A stretch of DNA of 64,000 nt. It comes from Tubiluchus corallicola. Lineage: Eukaryota > Animalia > Priapulida. Below are positions 37,771 to 49,373 of this stretch, piece by piece. The notes beneath the pieces were generated by a model. It was not told the origin of the DNA and made no database searches. It was given only the letters and a program-made list of their open reading frames with translations. Position numbers and translations under genes: made by a program. Numbering within the stretch: position 1 is the first letter of the stretch; every line of letters begins with the position of its first letter. Location: contig JAQGDQ010000118.1 of assembly GCA_030141605.1 (NCBI GenBank), forward strand, positions 434,001-498,000. The letters run 5' to 3'.

Positions 37771-37932
37771 AAAGGATAGCAGACTAGGTGACTTTATAGT
37801 CTTTTCGCTATCCTTTCTCTAGTTCTAGATCTATTTATACATTTTAACCATTTTTCAAAACTTATTAGAGATTCTTTTATTAATCATGTTTTATTGTAAC
37901 TATAAAGAGATAAATAAATTGAATTGAATTGG
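37771..37932 (+). mobile_element. LINE-type 3' tail remnant
   Basis: Stem-loop aaaggatagc...gctatccttt, AATAAA, (ttgaa)n. Confidence 0.55.
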
Positions 37933-38147
37933 AACTCACCAAAAAATATATATTATCCAGAAATATAGCTGTGAATAGGTTTTCTAGTCGTAGGTGTAGG
38001 TGCATTATATTATTATTATTATTTATCTTTATTTATTTATTATATACCTAGTATATTTTAGTGTCATCACAAATGACAAGAGAGACTATTAACAGCTAGA
38101 CTCCTGGATAAAAGTTCCTGTGCTTTTTGTACAATTGATTCTTTGTA

Positions 38148-38579
38148 CAGTCATTTGCAAAAGTTTAAGACCAAGCGCGAGTTTTCGGGTTTTTCATCAT
38201 ACTGTACCCTGATTGCATCAGATTCTTTGTTGATTGCATCACACTGCTAGTGATCAGACAGGCAGCCATCTAGTGCTGAAGACTTGCAAAGAGTTATCAA
38301 GGACGTTTGGGTTAAAGAAATTACTTCCAAGTACTGCCAAAACCTAATTTCCAGTATGCCTCTTAGAATGAAGGCAGTGATTGACAACTTCGGCGGCCAT
38401 ACAAAGTACTAAAATGTTCAAGGACTGTGACTATTTTTGGATAAAAACATACAAGCTATGCTGTAGTATATTTTTCTAGAAGAATAAATGAATAGTTTTT
38501 AGATGGAACCGTGTTAAACGACGATTTTGTCAATTTTCATGAAAAAATCACTTTGGTCTTAAACATTTGCAAATGATTG
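38148..38579 (+). mobile_element. Internally deleted Tc1 transposon
   Basis: TIR cagtcatttgcaaaagtttaagaccaa / ttggtcttaaacatttgcaaatgattg, TA flanks; 38254-38412 encodes Tc1 transposase C-terminus ...KYCQNLISSMPLRMKAVIDNFGGHTKY*. Confidence 0.92.
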
Positions 38580-39615
38580 TACTGCCTGCCTTTTGGCTTT
38601 CACTGATTCTGAATATCACAGTAATCAGCTTCATCTACATCCACTTAAAGGAAGTGCAGGAAGCCTTACAAGAGTGTCATATGTTCAGCATTCATGTTTG
38701 AAGTAACACCATAGCCAGGCTGCATAAAACTATGGATATCCATAAAATAAGACCAAAAATCCATGAAATAAAATTTGAAAAATCCATAAAATAAGAAATG
38801 CATAAAATAAAAAAACATTTTTTTGTGATTTTTTGTACAAAATAAGGCAATCAAAACTGAATACAGGCATTGGATCGGAAACTTCAGCCTAGAGGGCATT
38901 CTACATTTGTACCAAATAGATGAATTATTTGAACTGAAGTGATGAATTACAAGGCATTGTCTCGTAAAATTTGATTAAATTTGAAGTGATATGAAACCGA
39001 TAAAATTAAAACGAAACTGATAAAATTAAAACTAAGTCCTGCGTGTTTAAAACCATGTTTCAAACACTCCTGTTTTTACTTTTTAATTGATTTCCCCCTG
39101 GGCATCTCATTCCAGATATAGTCTATTTCTTATTTTATTGATATCCATAAAATAAAATTTCAAAAATCCGTAAAATAAGCTATTTTATTTGTTTTATACG
39201 TATCCATAATCTTATGCACCCTGACGATAGCTCTTGTGGCTGCTTACTGAGACGGCAAAAAACAAGTGAACACCAACCTCAAACAACAGTGAGACATGAG
39301 ATGTTAAAGAAGTGAGATACTAGACGTTAAAGACGCTCGCCCAACAATAAGGTGGTGGAAAATATCAGATAAGGCTAAGAGATAGGAGCCAGAAGTAGTT
39401 TAATAGAACTGTGTCCATTTGCAAAGCAGTAATAATCTATGTGAATCATAATTACTATACATGCATTTTTACTGAATTACCACCAATTCATGTTTATCTT
39501 CCGGCTGCAGAATAACTGTCGATTTGTTTTATCAAGCAGTATTACCAACAAATTTGCACTGTTCTGGCTGGCGATACAGACTTTATTCTAATTCTATAAC
39601 TCATACAGTATCTAC

Positions 39616-39828
39616 AGTCAAATTTCTTTATATCGCCTAATTTGCGACTGCAAAAAAGTTGGCATTATAACAAGGTGCATTAATACATACATATCTATGC
39701 ATACTATGCACTAATACATACATTAATGCATGCTATGCAAATACAGACATTTTGTTTTGCTAACAACCTGGGCTTTAAGCGAGGTTGGCATTGTGGGGGG
39801 GGGGGGTCATCATAACGGGGTTTGAATG
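39616..39828. mobile_element. Decayed pogo/Tigger-like MITE
   Basis: ta-cagtcaaa ... tttgaatg-ta; homologous to the ~6.3 kb copy. Confidence 0.55.
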
Positions 39829-40357
39829 TACATGAATGTTCACAGTTCTACAGTAATGGTCCAGCAGTTATTCTCCATGTATTTTCTGCTTCCAAACAAT
39901 ACACAAAATTCTTACTAAATGAATATACCTGTAGTACATAACTTGTAAGACTAATAAGCAAGCTAGCAAGTTTTTTTTCTTTTTTCTCCTCATCTCCTAA
40001 GTAATTGTTGCTCTTTCTCATGCTTACTTTTTCTCATCAATTTTTCTGTATTACACGTTTTTGATACTCATTTTATCTTTCCATACTCTCAGTTTTTTAA
40101 CTTTACTCACTAACCTTGGTCAAATTCCCCTGTTAATAAGACCCCATTTGAAACTACTACATATAATAATCCTAATTACTGAATAATTGCATTGTTTTGT
40201 TTAGATTTTGGTATCCAACTTTATTATTTTTTGTTTTCAGTTCTTTTTGGATAATTTGTGTCATTTATACTGTTTTTATTTGTATATTTTTCTTATTTGT
40301 TTTTGTTATCTGCAGCATCACCATTAATTTTTAATATGACTAATGTATTTATAAGAA

Positions 40358-40480
40358 AGGGCAGGAGACTAGATGACCCTACGGTCCTTCCCTGCCCTGC
40401 TCCATGATTAAAATTACTTGATATTTAAAAAACTTTTGATGTTAAACTAATTGGAGAAAATAAATGTTCTATGTCTATGT
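40358..40480 (+). mobile_element. LINE-type 3' tail remnant
   Basis: Stem-loop agggcagg-agactagatgaccctacggtccttc-cctgccct, AATAAA, (tctatg)n. Confidence 0.55.
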
Positions 40481-41328
40481 GTATTGTTGCATGTGTAAGC
40501 CTTGTGACACCTTTTTCTAGAATGTTGCTTAGAGTTAATTTCTTTAACATGCCGATCAAAGTGATTTCATATCTTGCAACATGTTTAGTATTATACTGTA
40601 TCCAACATTACATTTATATTGTAACTTTTCATTAGGTGCTTTGTACATTATGTTAATAATTAACAAGAAGTAATGAAATGTTAATGCTACTTTGTAATGA
40701 ATTTATAATTTTGAATATGATAATAATTTCCAAATTGAAGCAATCACATTATATATGTTCTTATAAGCTAATTATGTGCTTGGCATACTGCGTATGATGC
40801 TTGGTATAATATTATTTAAGCTGAAAATAGTGAAATTTATAAGAGACAAATTTTAATCATTTTTCTTTTCAAAAATATCTTACACACAACAGATACATTT
40901 ATTATGAAATAAAGATTTACATTTTATGTACAGAAAGTTTCATACACTAACAACTGCATATAATTCTACATAATTAGAAATAATGTACCAAATAACTGGC
41001 AAAAGACCAGTTTGAGAAAGACTAAAACAAGACCACCTTTTCCATACAAAAACTAACTTTGTTCTTTATGTGTTCTAGTGATAATCACTACACTTGGCAT
41101 TTTATACATTTACAATCAGAATGAGCCATAATTACTGTAATTATTGTATATACATCGTCTGAAATTTAATTGTGCACAAGTATTGATGAGTGCAATGTAA
41201 ACATAACATTCCATTACATAATAGATCAGCTTGATTAGTTATATAACAGCAATGCCTAACATCATTAGTCAACTTATTCACAATGAGCTTTGAAAACAAA
41301 TGAAACAGTGTTATGGTAAAAAGATCCC

Positions 41329-42336
41329 TGTAGCATAGACAACATGGTGGCATAACACAAGCATGCTAATCATGGGTGCGGTCAACACCCATGTAGCATA
41401 GACAACATGATGGCATAACACAAACATGCTAATCATGGGCGCGGTCAACACCCATGTAGCATAGACAACATGGTGGCATAACACAAGCATGCTAATCATG
41501 GGTGCGGTCAACACCCATGTAGCATAGACAACATGATGGCATAACACAAGCATGCTAATCATGGGTGCGGTCAACACCCATGTAGCATAGACAACATGAT
41601 GGCATAACACAAGCATGCTAATCATGGGTGCGGCCAACACCCATGTAGCATAGACAACATGATGGCATAACACAAGCATGCTAATCATGGGCACGGTCAA
41701 CACCCATGTAGCATAGACAACATGATGGCATAACACAAGCATGCTAATCATGGGCGGGGCCAACACCCATGTAGCATAGACAACATGATGGCATAACACA
41801 AGCATGCTAATCATGGGCGCGGTCAACACCCATGTAGCATAGACAACATGATGGCATAACACAAGCATGCTAATCATGGGCACGGCCAACACCCATGTAG
41901 TATAGACAACATGATGGCATAACACAAGCATGCTAATCATGGGCGCGGCCAACACCCATGTAGTATAGACAACATGATGGCATAACACAAGCATGCTAGT
42001 CATGGGCGCAGCCAACACCCATGTAGCATAGACAACATGATGGCATAACACAAGCATGCTAATCATGGGTGCAGCCAACACCCATGTAGCATAGACAACA
42101 TGATGGCATAACACAAGCATGCTAATCATGGGTGCAGCCAACACCCATGTAGCATAGACAACATGATGGCATAACACAAGCATGCTAATCATGGGTGCAG
42201 CCAACACCCATGTAGCATAGACAACATGATGGCATAACACAAGCATGCTAATCATGGGCGTGGCCAACACCCATGTAGCATAGACAACATGATGGCATAA
42301 CAAAAGCACACAAGCATGCTAATCATGGGCGCGGCC
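41329..42336. repeat. 63-bp minisatellite, 16 copies
   Basis: Unit tgtagcatagacaacatgatggcataacacaagcatgctaatcatgggcgcggccaacaccca. Confidence 0.97.
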
Positions 42337-43376
42337 AGAGTTTAAAAAATTGATGCACAAGCATCTAGGGCTACCAACGCATTTTTCTTTATTTAAGCGA
42401 ATTTTTGATGCCTCAAATGAGATCTAAATTCTGGAACATAAACTTCCTCAAAGTGAAAAATTCTGCTTTAATGAATATATATTCACCTACATTTACCTAG
42501 GTAATATTCATTGTATTCTATTGTAGTAGTCATATATCTTAAAAGTAAGTTCGCAGCACACTGCAATGCAGAGGACCCATTACTTAAGCTTAATTAATTT
42601 AGTGTCAAGATTTACTACTCAACAAAATGTGGGCAGTCAAACATAAAACTGATTTGAGACTATTAAGTTTGCAACCCACCACTGTTCATACAAAATTTAA
42701 TAAGTTGTACGGTGCTTGCTAATTTTTCCCATCAGACATAGCTAAACGGGCAGAATATCTCAGCCACACATGCATTTTTCTGCATTTTAGACCATTTTGC
42801 AGTTGCTAGAAGCTATTTTCTCATTCAGGTTCACTAATTTGAAACTCATTAAGTCACCTTAAACTCGTGACTCATAATTTCACTACTTGCCCCTTGGCCC
42901 CACCCCCTAAATGCAGAAGTGCAGTTGCAGTTAGCTAAAAAGTGTCTAGACAATGGAAATCAATAAAAAAATCGACACTATGCAAGTGACATAGACCTAC
43001 ACATATTCCTATAGAAATCAGCTTTTTGCTCAGAGATTGCGCAAACAAACAAGAGGTTGATGTGTGTCTTGGCTCACTGCTAAAAAAATTATTTAGCTAT
43101 AAAAAAATTTTCTTAAGAAATTCTGTGCGTCAGTGCGTCCGCCTGCTGGCACCCATGATGCTAATAAACTCAAAAAGTTTGTTTCGTTACAAATTTTGGA
43201 CTCATATAATAAGTTTCCTTGTGTCATTTGGCTTCCATTGATAAGTGCCCTCAAAACTTTTTATTACAAAATCTTTTATTTGTGAGGTTACAAGTAATGA
43301 GCTATCAGACCTCACACTTAGAGGCTGAAAGAGTCATCTTAGTGAGAAAACATATAATAATTGCCATGGCACAGAT

Positions 43377-43580
43377 CTCACAGTTGCATGGATGCTAATA
43401 TTCAAGTTGTCTTGTTTAAATGAGTAGTTATGTGCATTCTCAAGTGATAAGCTCTCACAAAGTATTAGCTACACACCTCACAGTTGCATGGCTGCTAATA
43501 CTCAAGTTGTCTTGTTTAAATGTGTAGTCATGTGAGTCTTCAAGTGATACGCCCTTACAAAACATTTGCCACACACCTCA
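43377..43580 (-). repeat. 100-bp tandem duplication of the last ZF8 finger plus stop
   Basis: ctcaca anchors at 43377, 43477, 43577; downstream copy reads CEVCS*YFVRAYHLRMHITTHLNKTT*. Confidence 0.85.
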
Positions 43581-44590
43581 CACTTATATGGTCGTTCACC
43601 CGTGTGAATGCGCTCATGTATTCTCAGGTGTGCTAAACCTGGACACATCCGCTTGCAGAATCGGCATTCGAACCCGGATTTGATCACCCGCTGCGGAATA
43701 TCTTTGCTCTTCAACTCATAATAAACTTTTTCTAGCGGAGCAGCCTGTCTTGCCTTCTTACTTGTAGAAGTCCTGTCTGTGCACTGTTGGAGGTCAGCGG
43801 GCAGCAAAGCATCAAGATCCTGTTGCACTACTAAAGCTTTGCTACTTGACTCTTGAGATGAAGCTACCGGCATGGGTACGTTAGAGGCATTGTCGGTTCC
43901 TTCTAGAAGTTCTCGGCCCATTATAGTTCTTTCGGTTGTACGATGCCTGGAAAGAACATGCATTTTCAAGTTATAAGCCCGAGCAAAAACCTTGTCACAC
44001 AAGTTACAGTTAAACGTTCTGTTAACCGTGTGAATTTTTTCATGCTGTTGAAGATGAGATGCTTCAGAGAATACTGCAGAGCACCAGACACAGTGATACT
44101 GTTCTGTTTCCCGTTCGCTTGCAGATAATGCCAATGTTGCCATCTCGTCAGAAGTTCCATCACTTTCGACTAAAGACACCACAGACAGTTGGCCTGGAGT
44201 TTCTCCTGGAAACACCGGAACTTGCCAAGAACAGATGGCATCTGTATCGGATTCTGAGGTATTCTGGATATTTTCAGTCTTGTAGACTTGACAGTCTTTC
44301 ACATCAGCATCTTCTGGAAGGGTGTTCATTTGCCCTCGTGTATCATCTATAGGAGTGGCATCACATGTATCAGCAAGTTCAGTTTTGATTATATTAAGAT
44401 CTACAGACATTGAGGTAGATAATGCCGGTTGTTCCATCAAATCCAAATCCAAATCTGAGCTGCAATCATGGCCTTCAGAAACGAGTATTTTACAGTGCCA
44501 AGCTCGTGAATGTGCAAAAAACACATCCTCTGTTAAAAAACACTCTGAACATGCAGTACATTTGAAATACGTAGCGCTGTTGAGCTCCAT
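43502..44590 (-). CDS. ZF8: family N-module + 4 C2H2 fingers in two separated pairs (362 aa)
   Basis: MELNSATYFKCTACSECF..FFAHSRAWHCKILVSEG; minus-strand acceptor atgtttcttcgttagttacag, exon starts 44647. Confidence 0.92.
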   Translation of the reverse strand: MELNSATYFKCTACSECFLTEDVFFAHSRAWHCKILVSEGHDCSSDLDLDLMEQPALSTSMSVDLNIIKTELADTCDATPIDDTRGQMNTLPEDADVKDCQVYKTENIQNTSESDTDAICSWQVPVFPGETPGQLSVVSLVESDGTSDEMATLALSASERETEQYHCVWCSAVFSEASHLQQHEKIHTVNRTFNCNLCDKVFARAYNLKMHVLSRHRTTERTIMGRELLEGTDNASNVPMPVASSQESSSKALVVQQDLDALLPADLQQCTDRTSTSKKARQAAPLEKVYYELKSKDIPQRVIKSGFECRFCKRMCPGLAHLRIHERIHTGERPYKCEVCGKCFVRAYHLKTHMTTHLNKTT

Positions 44591-45553
44591 GCTGACGAGT
44601 CGCAGAAAAAGCAGATAGTTACTTACACAATTTTTTCTTCAGAAAGTCTGTAACTAACGAAGAAACATTATCACTATAACATATGAAAATTACCACTTTC
44701 TGCTCAATCATAACAGATTACAATCGTGCAAATTTTATTGTGAGTCAAATAGAGAGGAAAAGATAAAAAATCAATTTTTCAAACAAGCAAAAATATATCA
44801 ATTCTTTTTACTATTGTTGTGTAACTGATTACTTAACTACAAATGTCAATCTTAATTACAAATGTTAAGCTAATTAATTAAGCTAATGCCTGTGAACTAA
44901 TATCATATACCTGTTATAGCACGTTATTTAACTCTATATATATATATATAACCCCAAAAATATATCGTAAAAGAAATGCCTAGAGCAGTTAGTTCAATAA
45001 TCAGCTTCGATATTAAACTACAATATTAGTCATTCGATTTACGAAAACAGGTTTATTAAAATTTGTTAGCCCGATTAGTTAAATTATCCTGTAAATATGA
45101 TTATAAAATAAAATTATACTAAAATGCAATTAATTGCTATCAAAAAGTGTCATAACTAAACACATTACTGAAAGAATATTGAAACTGCATCAATTGTATA
45201 TAAAGAGGCATGATTTCAATATGTTAAAATTGTAAAATTTACATAAATAAACATTGATTATGGCATACAGAGCTATAGTTACAGAAAAGGTTCATTTTAT
45301 TTAGGAATTTGCATACAGGTATGGTTGTTCAAAGACACATTTGTTGTATGATCATGACACGCATTGTGCATGTTTGGAATTGATTTGCTGCATGTGTTTC
45401 CTAGCTGCCAAGTGGATACCCGAGCTTGCCAAAAAAAAACTTGCACTAAGCTATCTAGCTAGCAAAAGTGGAAAAATGGTTGGTACTAGTCAATACTCGA
45501 TTCAAATGTTTCTTAATCACAATGTACAACATGTAGAAACTTGCCATATAAAG

Positions 45554-45998
45554 CAGGGGTGGTGCAAATTATCTGACTAGCCGGGCCACATTAAACTTTC
45601 ACGCAATTCCTGCGGGCCACAGGCAGTTTGATCAAGGAGCCAAGTACAGTAAAGCCTCATCCGACCTGAGTACATCATTACTACTCCACTCAAGAAACTA
45701 TTTTAGAAGTTATTAAAATTTATATTACAAACCATGTATTTCTACTTTCAGGACAGATAGTGGTAATTTCATTACAATGCATATTAATAATGTGTATCAC
45801 ACAGTCTGTGTAGTACAGTGACATTAAGCTACAACCGTCTTGTAAGGGTTAATGGCATCCGATCTAGTAGAAAAAACTACCCGCACTATCTTTGGTATCG
45901 TGGTACGAACTTCAGCAGGATACACTCAATTCATCGCCCGGGCCGCACTTTCATTAGGTTGACAAATCTCTTCGCGGGCCGCAATTTGCACACCCTTG
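45554..45998. mobile_element. hAT MITE family A, copy 3
   Basis: Same TIR and body; TSD atataaag / atataaac. Confidence 0.9.
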
Positions 45999-47364
45999 AT
46001 ATAAACCACTAAACTAGCACACGATTTTTCACACCTTATTTTCGAACACTATACTTTTTTGTACATACATATATATATATGTATACGTGTACCTATAAAC
46101 AAATATATATATACATTTCTTACGGATTTTGGTAATGTCTAGTAGATGTCTAGCAAATATAATAAAAACTGCAAAGCGAAACATGTTTCTAATCAATATA
46201 ATAAATAAAAAAGCATTGAAAAATTTTTGAGTGGTGCATAGGTACATAACATCAACTATAAAATTAATCAAATGTTACAAGAGTTTCCATTGGTTAGCTT
46301 TGAAATATGGTGACACTGAGATGCAATTCCACAAACTGAAATGAAACAGCAAGTAAAAAATAGCACGCTGTTGCAATAGACATCTGATTTCTTGTGTTCT
46401 TAGCATCTTTGCTTGTAACACATTAAAACAGAAACATTTTCAACAGGAATTCTGTTACGCGGCATTTTGTTTTCTACAGTTACAGCATAAGACATTCAAA
46501 GCCATGCCGCTTGCAAATTGTGTAATGCAGTAGCTGTTTAAGCTTAATACAATAATAATCACTAATCAAAAAAAGAAAAACCATGGCCAAAAATGACCAA
46601 TGTTACCAGAAATCTAGACAGTTCACAGAAAAGTTACTCAACTAAAATTCGAGCTAAAATTTTGATTCATTGAAACGTGATTCATCTTACGAAACTCGGT
46701 CATGATGACTTTAGATAATTTTCTGAAGCATTCTTGAATATTTTCTATCAGGTTGCCTATAGATTTAGATGCTATACAAAAGAAATATTATATTGGACTG
46801 AGACCCAGGGGGTCGAACTCCAAGATGGCATGGTGGTCTTGATATTGCGCATTATGAAGATCCATTTTACTATCGTTGTGTAACTGATTATTTAAACTAC
46901 AAATCTCAATTTTAATTACAAATGTTATGCTGATTAACTAAATCAATGTCAGTAAACTAGTACCTTTTACCTGTTACAGCATGTCACCTAACTCCAAAAC
47001 ATGCTGTAACAGGTAACACCTAGCTCCAAACAAAATACACAAAAACTACACTGTACGGAATTTATTAACAGCACTAATAAAAATAAGGAACCAAAATACA
47101 CGTTCACAAAAAATAACTAACTAACTCAGTAACAGCACTACACCCGAGGAGCACCTGTGTCAGAAATCCAGGCTGTAGTGACCTCTACACGCTTTTATAC
47201 TGACATTCCAGGTCAGCTGGCTTCTCACACCACGTGTGGGCCCAAACAAGACGTCTGGACCTACAAGAAAGGGGTGAGTCCCTGCTGACATGGAAGCAGG
47301 GCGTGTAGAGGGCCCTACACATGACCCGACACAGGTGCCTCTGTAATAGTATTATTCATGCAAT

Positions 47365-48411
47365 TCATGAGCTAGTCACTGATACTGAACACTCCATATC
47401 AAGATCGATATTATAATCAGTGTCACTCTGAACAACAGTTGCTTGTGGGACCCCTAGCGAGGCAGCTGTCCTTGACCCTTCACTAATGGTACTGCCACTG
47501 TTCCGAGAAGCAATACTGTAAGCGATTTGGGAGAGCAAGGATGACATAACATTCGTCGGGACTTCATCACTGGATTCCGCATTCGGTTCATTCTGTGGAA
47601 TTTCATTCGCAAAGGAGTTAGAACTTTGTGCGATTTTCGCTTTGTGCGTAAGTTTATGTCGTTTCAGGTGCCAAGCACGCACAAACCGTTTGTCGCACAC
47701 TTCGCACTGAAAAGGTCTCTCCCCGGTATGAGTGCGTTCATGTCGCTTCAGATCTGTCAAAACACGGCACACCATGTCACACCACTGACAGCGAAAACCT
47801 TTCTCGGATCCCGGAGATGTCCCTTTTTGCATAGAGGAAGCTGCCAGCTGATCGGGTGGCTTGGAAAGAGCTGCTTTGAGGGTGGCATTCTTCATTGGAA
47901 TTCTCTTAACCACATTTTGCTCACAGTTTAGCAATTTTTTCAGAGCAGAGAAGCCATCTGAATGTTTGTTCGGGCTAATTCTGGAACCTAACGTTGAGCT
48001 GGCTTCCAACTGGTCTTGTGTTAGGTCCGGTAATAATTGTAGTGGACCACTTTGCTGGTCTTGCATTAAGTTTGGTAGCGACGGTAGTAAACCACTTTCA
48101 CCAGTCAAATTATCCTCATCGTAACTTGTTTCAGATTTTGCTTCAATTGCCAAAAAGTTGGTAGTTTCTGATGCAAAGTTGTCAGTGCCATAAGATAGGA
48201 CATTATCTTGAATGTCAATCACAGGTTCAGTTTTCACAACAATTTGCTCTTGGTGCAAAGTCCTCCTATCCTCTATGATGCCTGGATCTTGACCTTCGGA
48301 GATGAGCACACAGCAATGCCATGTCCGGCAATGGGCAAGAAAGATTTCCTCTTCCAAGAAGCATGCGACACAGGCTGTACATTTATAGTAGATGAGAGAA
48401 TCTGACTCCAT
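47365..48411 (-). CDS. ZF9: family N-module + 2 C2H2 fingers + ~90-aa tail (348 aa)
   Basis: MESDSLIYYKCTACVACF..FLAHCRTWHCCVLISEG; acceptor gtgtttctacttgcttgcag, exon starts 48468. Confidence 0.9.
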   Translation of the reverse strand: MESDSLIYYKCTACVACFLEEEIFLAHCRTWHCCVLISEGQDPGIIEDRRTLHQEQIVVKTEPVIDIQDNVLSYGTDNFASETTNFLAIEAKSETSYDEDNLTGESGLLPSLPNLMQDQQSGPLQLLPDLTQDQLEASSTLGSRISPNKHSDGFSALKKLLNCEQNVVKRIPMKNATLKAALSKPPDQLAASSMQKGTSPGSEKGFRCQWCDMVCRVLTDLKRHERTHTGERPFQCEVCDKRFVRAWHLKRHKLTHKAKIAQSSNSFANEIPQNEPNAESSDEVPTNVMSSLLSQIAYSIASRNSGSTISEGSRTAASLGVPQATVVQSDTDYNIDLDMECSVSVTSS

Positions 48412-48622
48412 ATTTGCTCACTTGTAGCAAATAGATTCAATTATCGGAACAGCTAATTATTGCCAAGTCTGCAAGCAAGTAGAAACACTGTCACTTTAAA
48501 TCTATAGTTAGTTTTGTTTGTATGATGCCATTGCAGTATTTCCAACACCTACCAAATTTAAAAACTACATCACCTAGCATACTATTGATAAAACTTAGAA
48601 TGCAAACAAACAATTGCTGTAA

Positions 48623-48860
48623 TATAGGTTTTACGTGTCAAATGTAAACCTGCATCAACTCAAATGTAGATTTAGGTAATTCAAATGTGTCTTGGTAACT
48701 CAAATGTAGACTTAGGTAGTTCAAATGTGTTAACAATGGTTTTCAACAAATCTTGAGCGCTTTTGGTAAGTCATTTGAAATTCCAATGTCTACATTTGAC
48801 TTACCTAAGTCACATTAATTTGAACTTTCCAGTGTCTACATTTGACGTGTAAAACCTATA
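48623..48860. mobile_element. Fold-back MITE with tcaaatgt subrepeats
   Basis: tataggttttac..gtcaaatgta / tacatttgac..gtaaaacctata with multiple internal inverted tcaaatgt units. Confidence 0.7.
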
Positions 48861-48966
48861 ATGAATTACTATAACAATAGCATAAACAGTAAGCCAATGA
48901 TCCTATTACTTTGTGATCAATTGTATGTTATTGAAGACACAAAACTTAGACATAGACTATCTAGCT

Positions 48967-49373
48967 CAGGGGTGTGCAAATTATCTGACTAGCCGGGCCA
49001 CATTAAACATTCCCGCAATTCATGTGGGCCACATGCAGTTTTGTCAAGGAGCCAAGTACAGTAGGACCTAATAACGATTTTTTTTTGCATCCAATTTGCA
49101 CACATCATTACTGCTGCACTACTACACTCAAGAAACTATTTTAGAAATTATTAAAATTTATATTAAAAACCAAATGTTTCGCCATGTCCGACAGTGACAA
49201 CGGTCTTGTAAGGGTTAATGCCATCCAATCTAGTGGAAAAATCTACCCGCTCTATCTTTGCGATTTTAGTGCAGACTTCAGCGGGATTGCGTGGGCCGCA
49301 CTTTCATTACATTGACAAACCTCTTCGCGGGCCGCACAAGATCTCTCGGCGGGCCGCAGTTTGCACACCCGTG
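48967..49373. mobile_element. hAT MITE family A, copy 4 (most diverged)
   Basis: Same TIR and body; flanks atctagct / atctaggg. Confidence 0.88.

Noticed and set aside
41311-42309. 332-aa ORF of 21-aa repeats with Cys-His-His
   Set aside because: Arises from a 63-bp unit that lacks a stop in one frame; variation follows CpG decay rather than codon position; starts at a non-ATG codon, no splice context.
41329-42336. CRISPR-like repeat array
   Set aside because: No unique spacers, only point variants; eukaryotic context, no cas genes.
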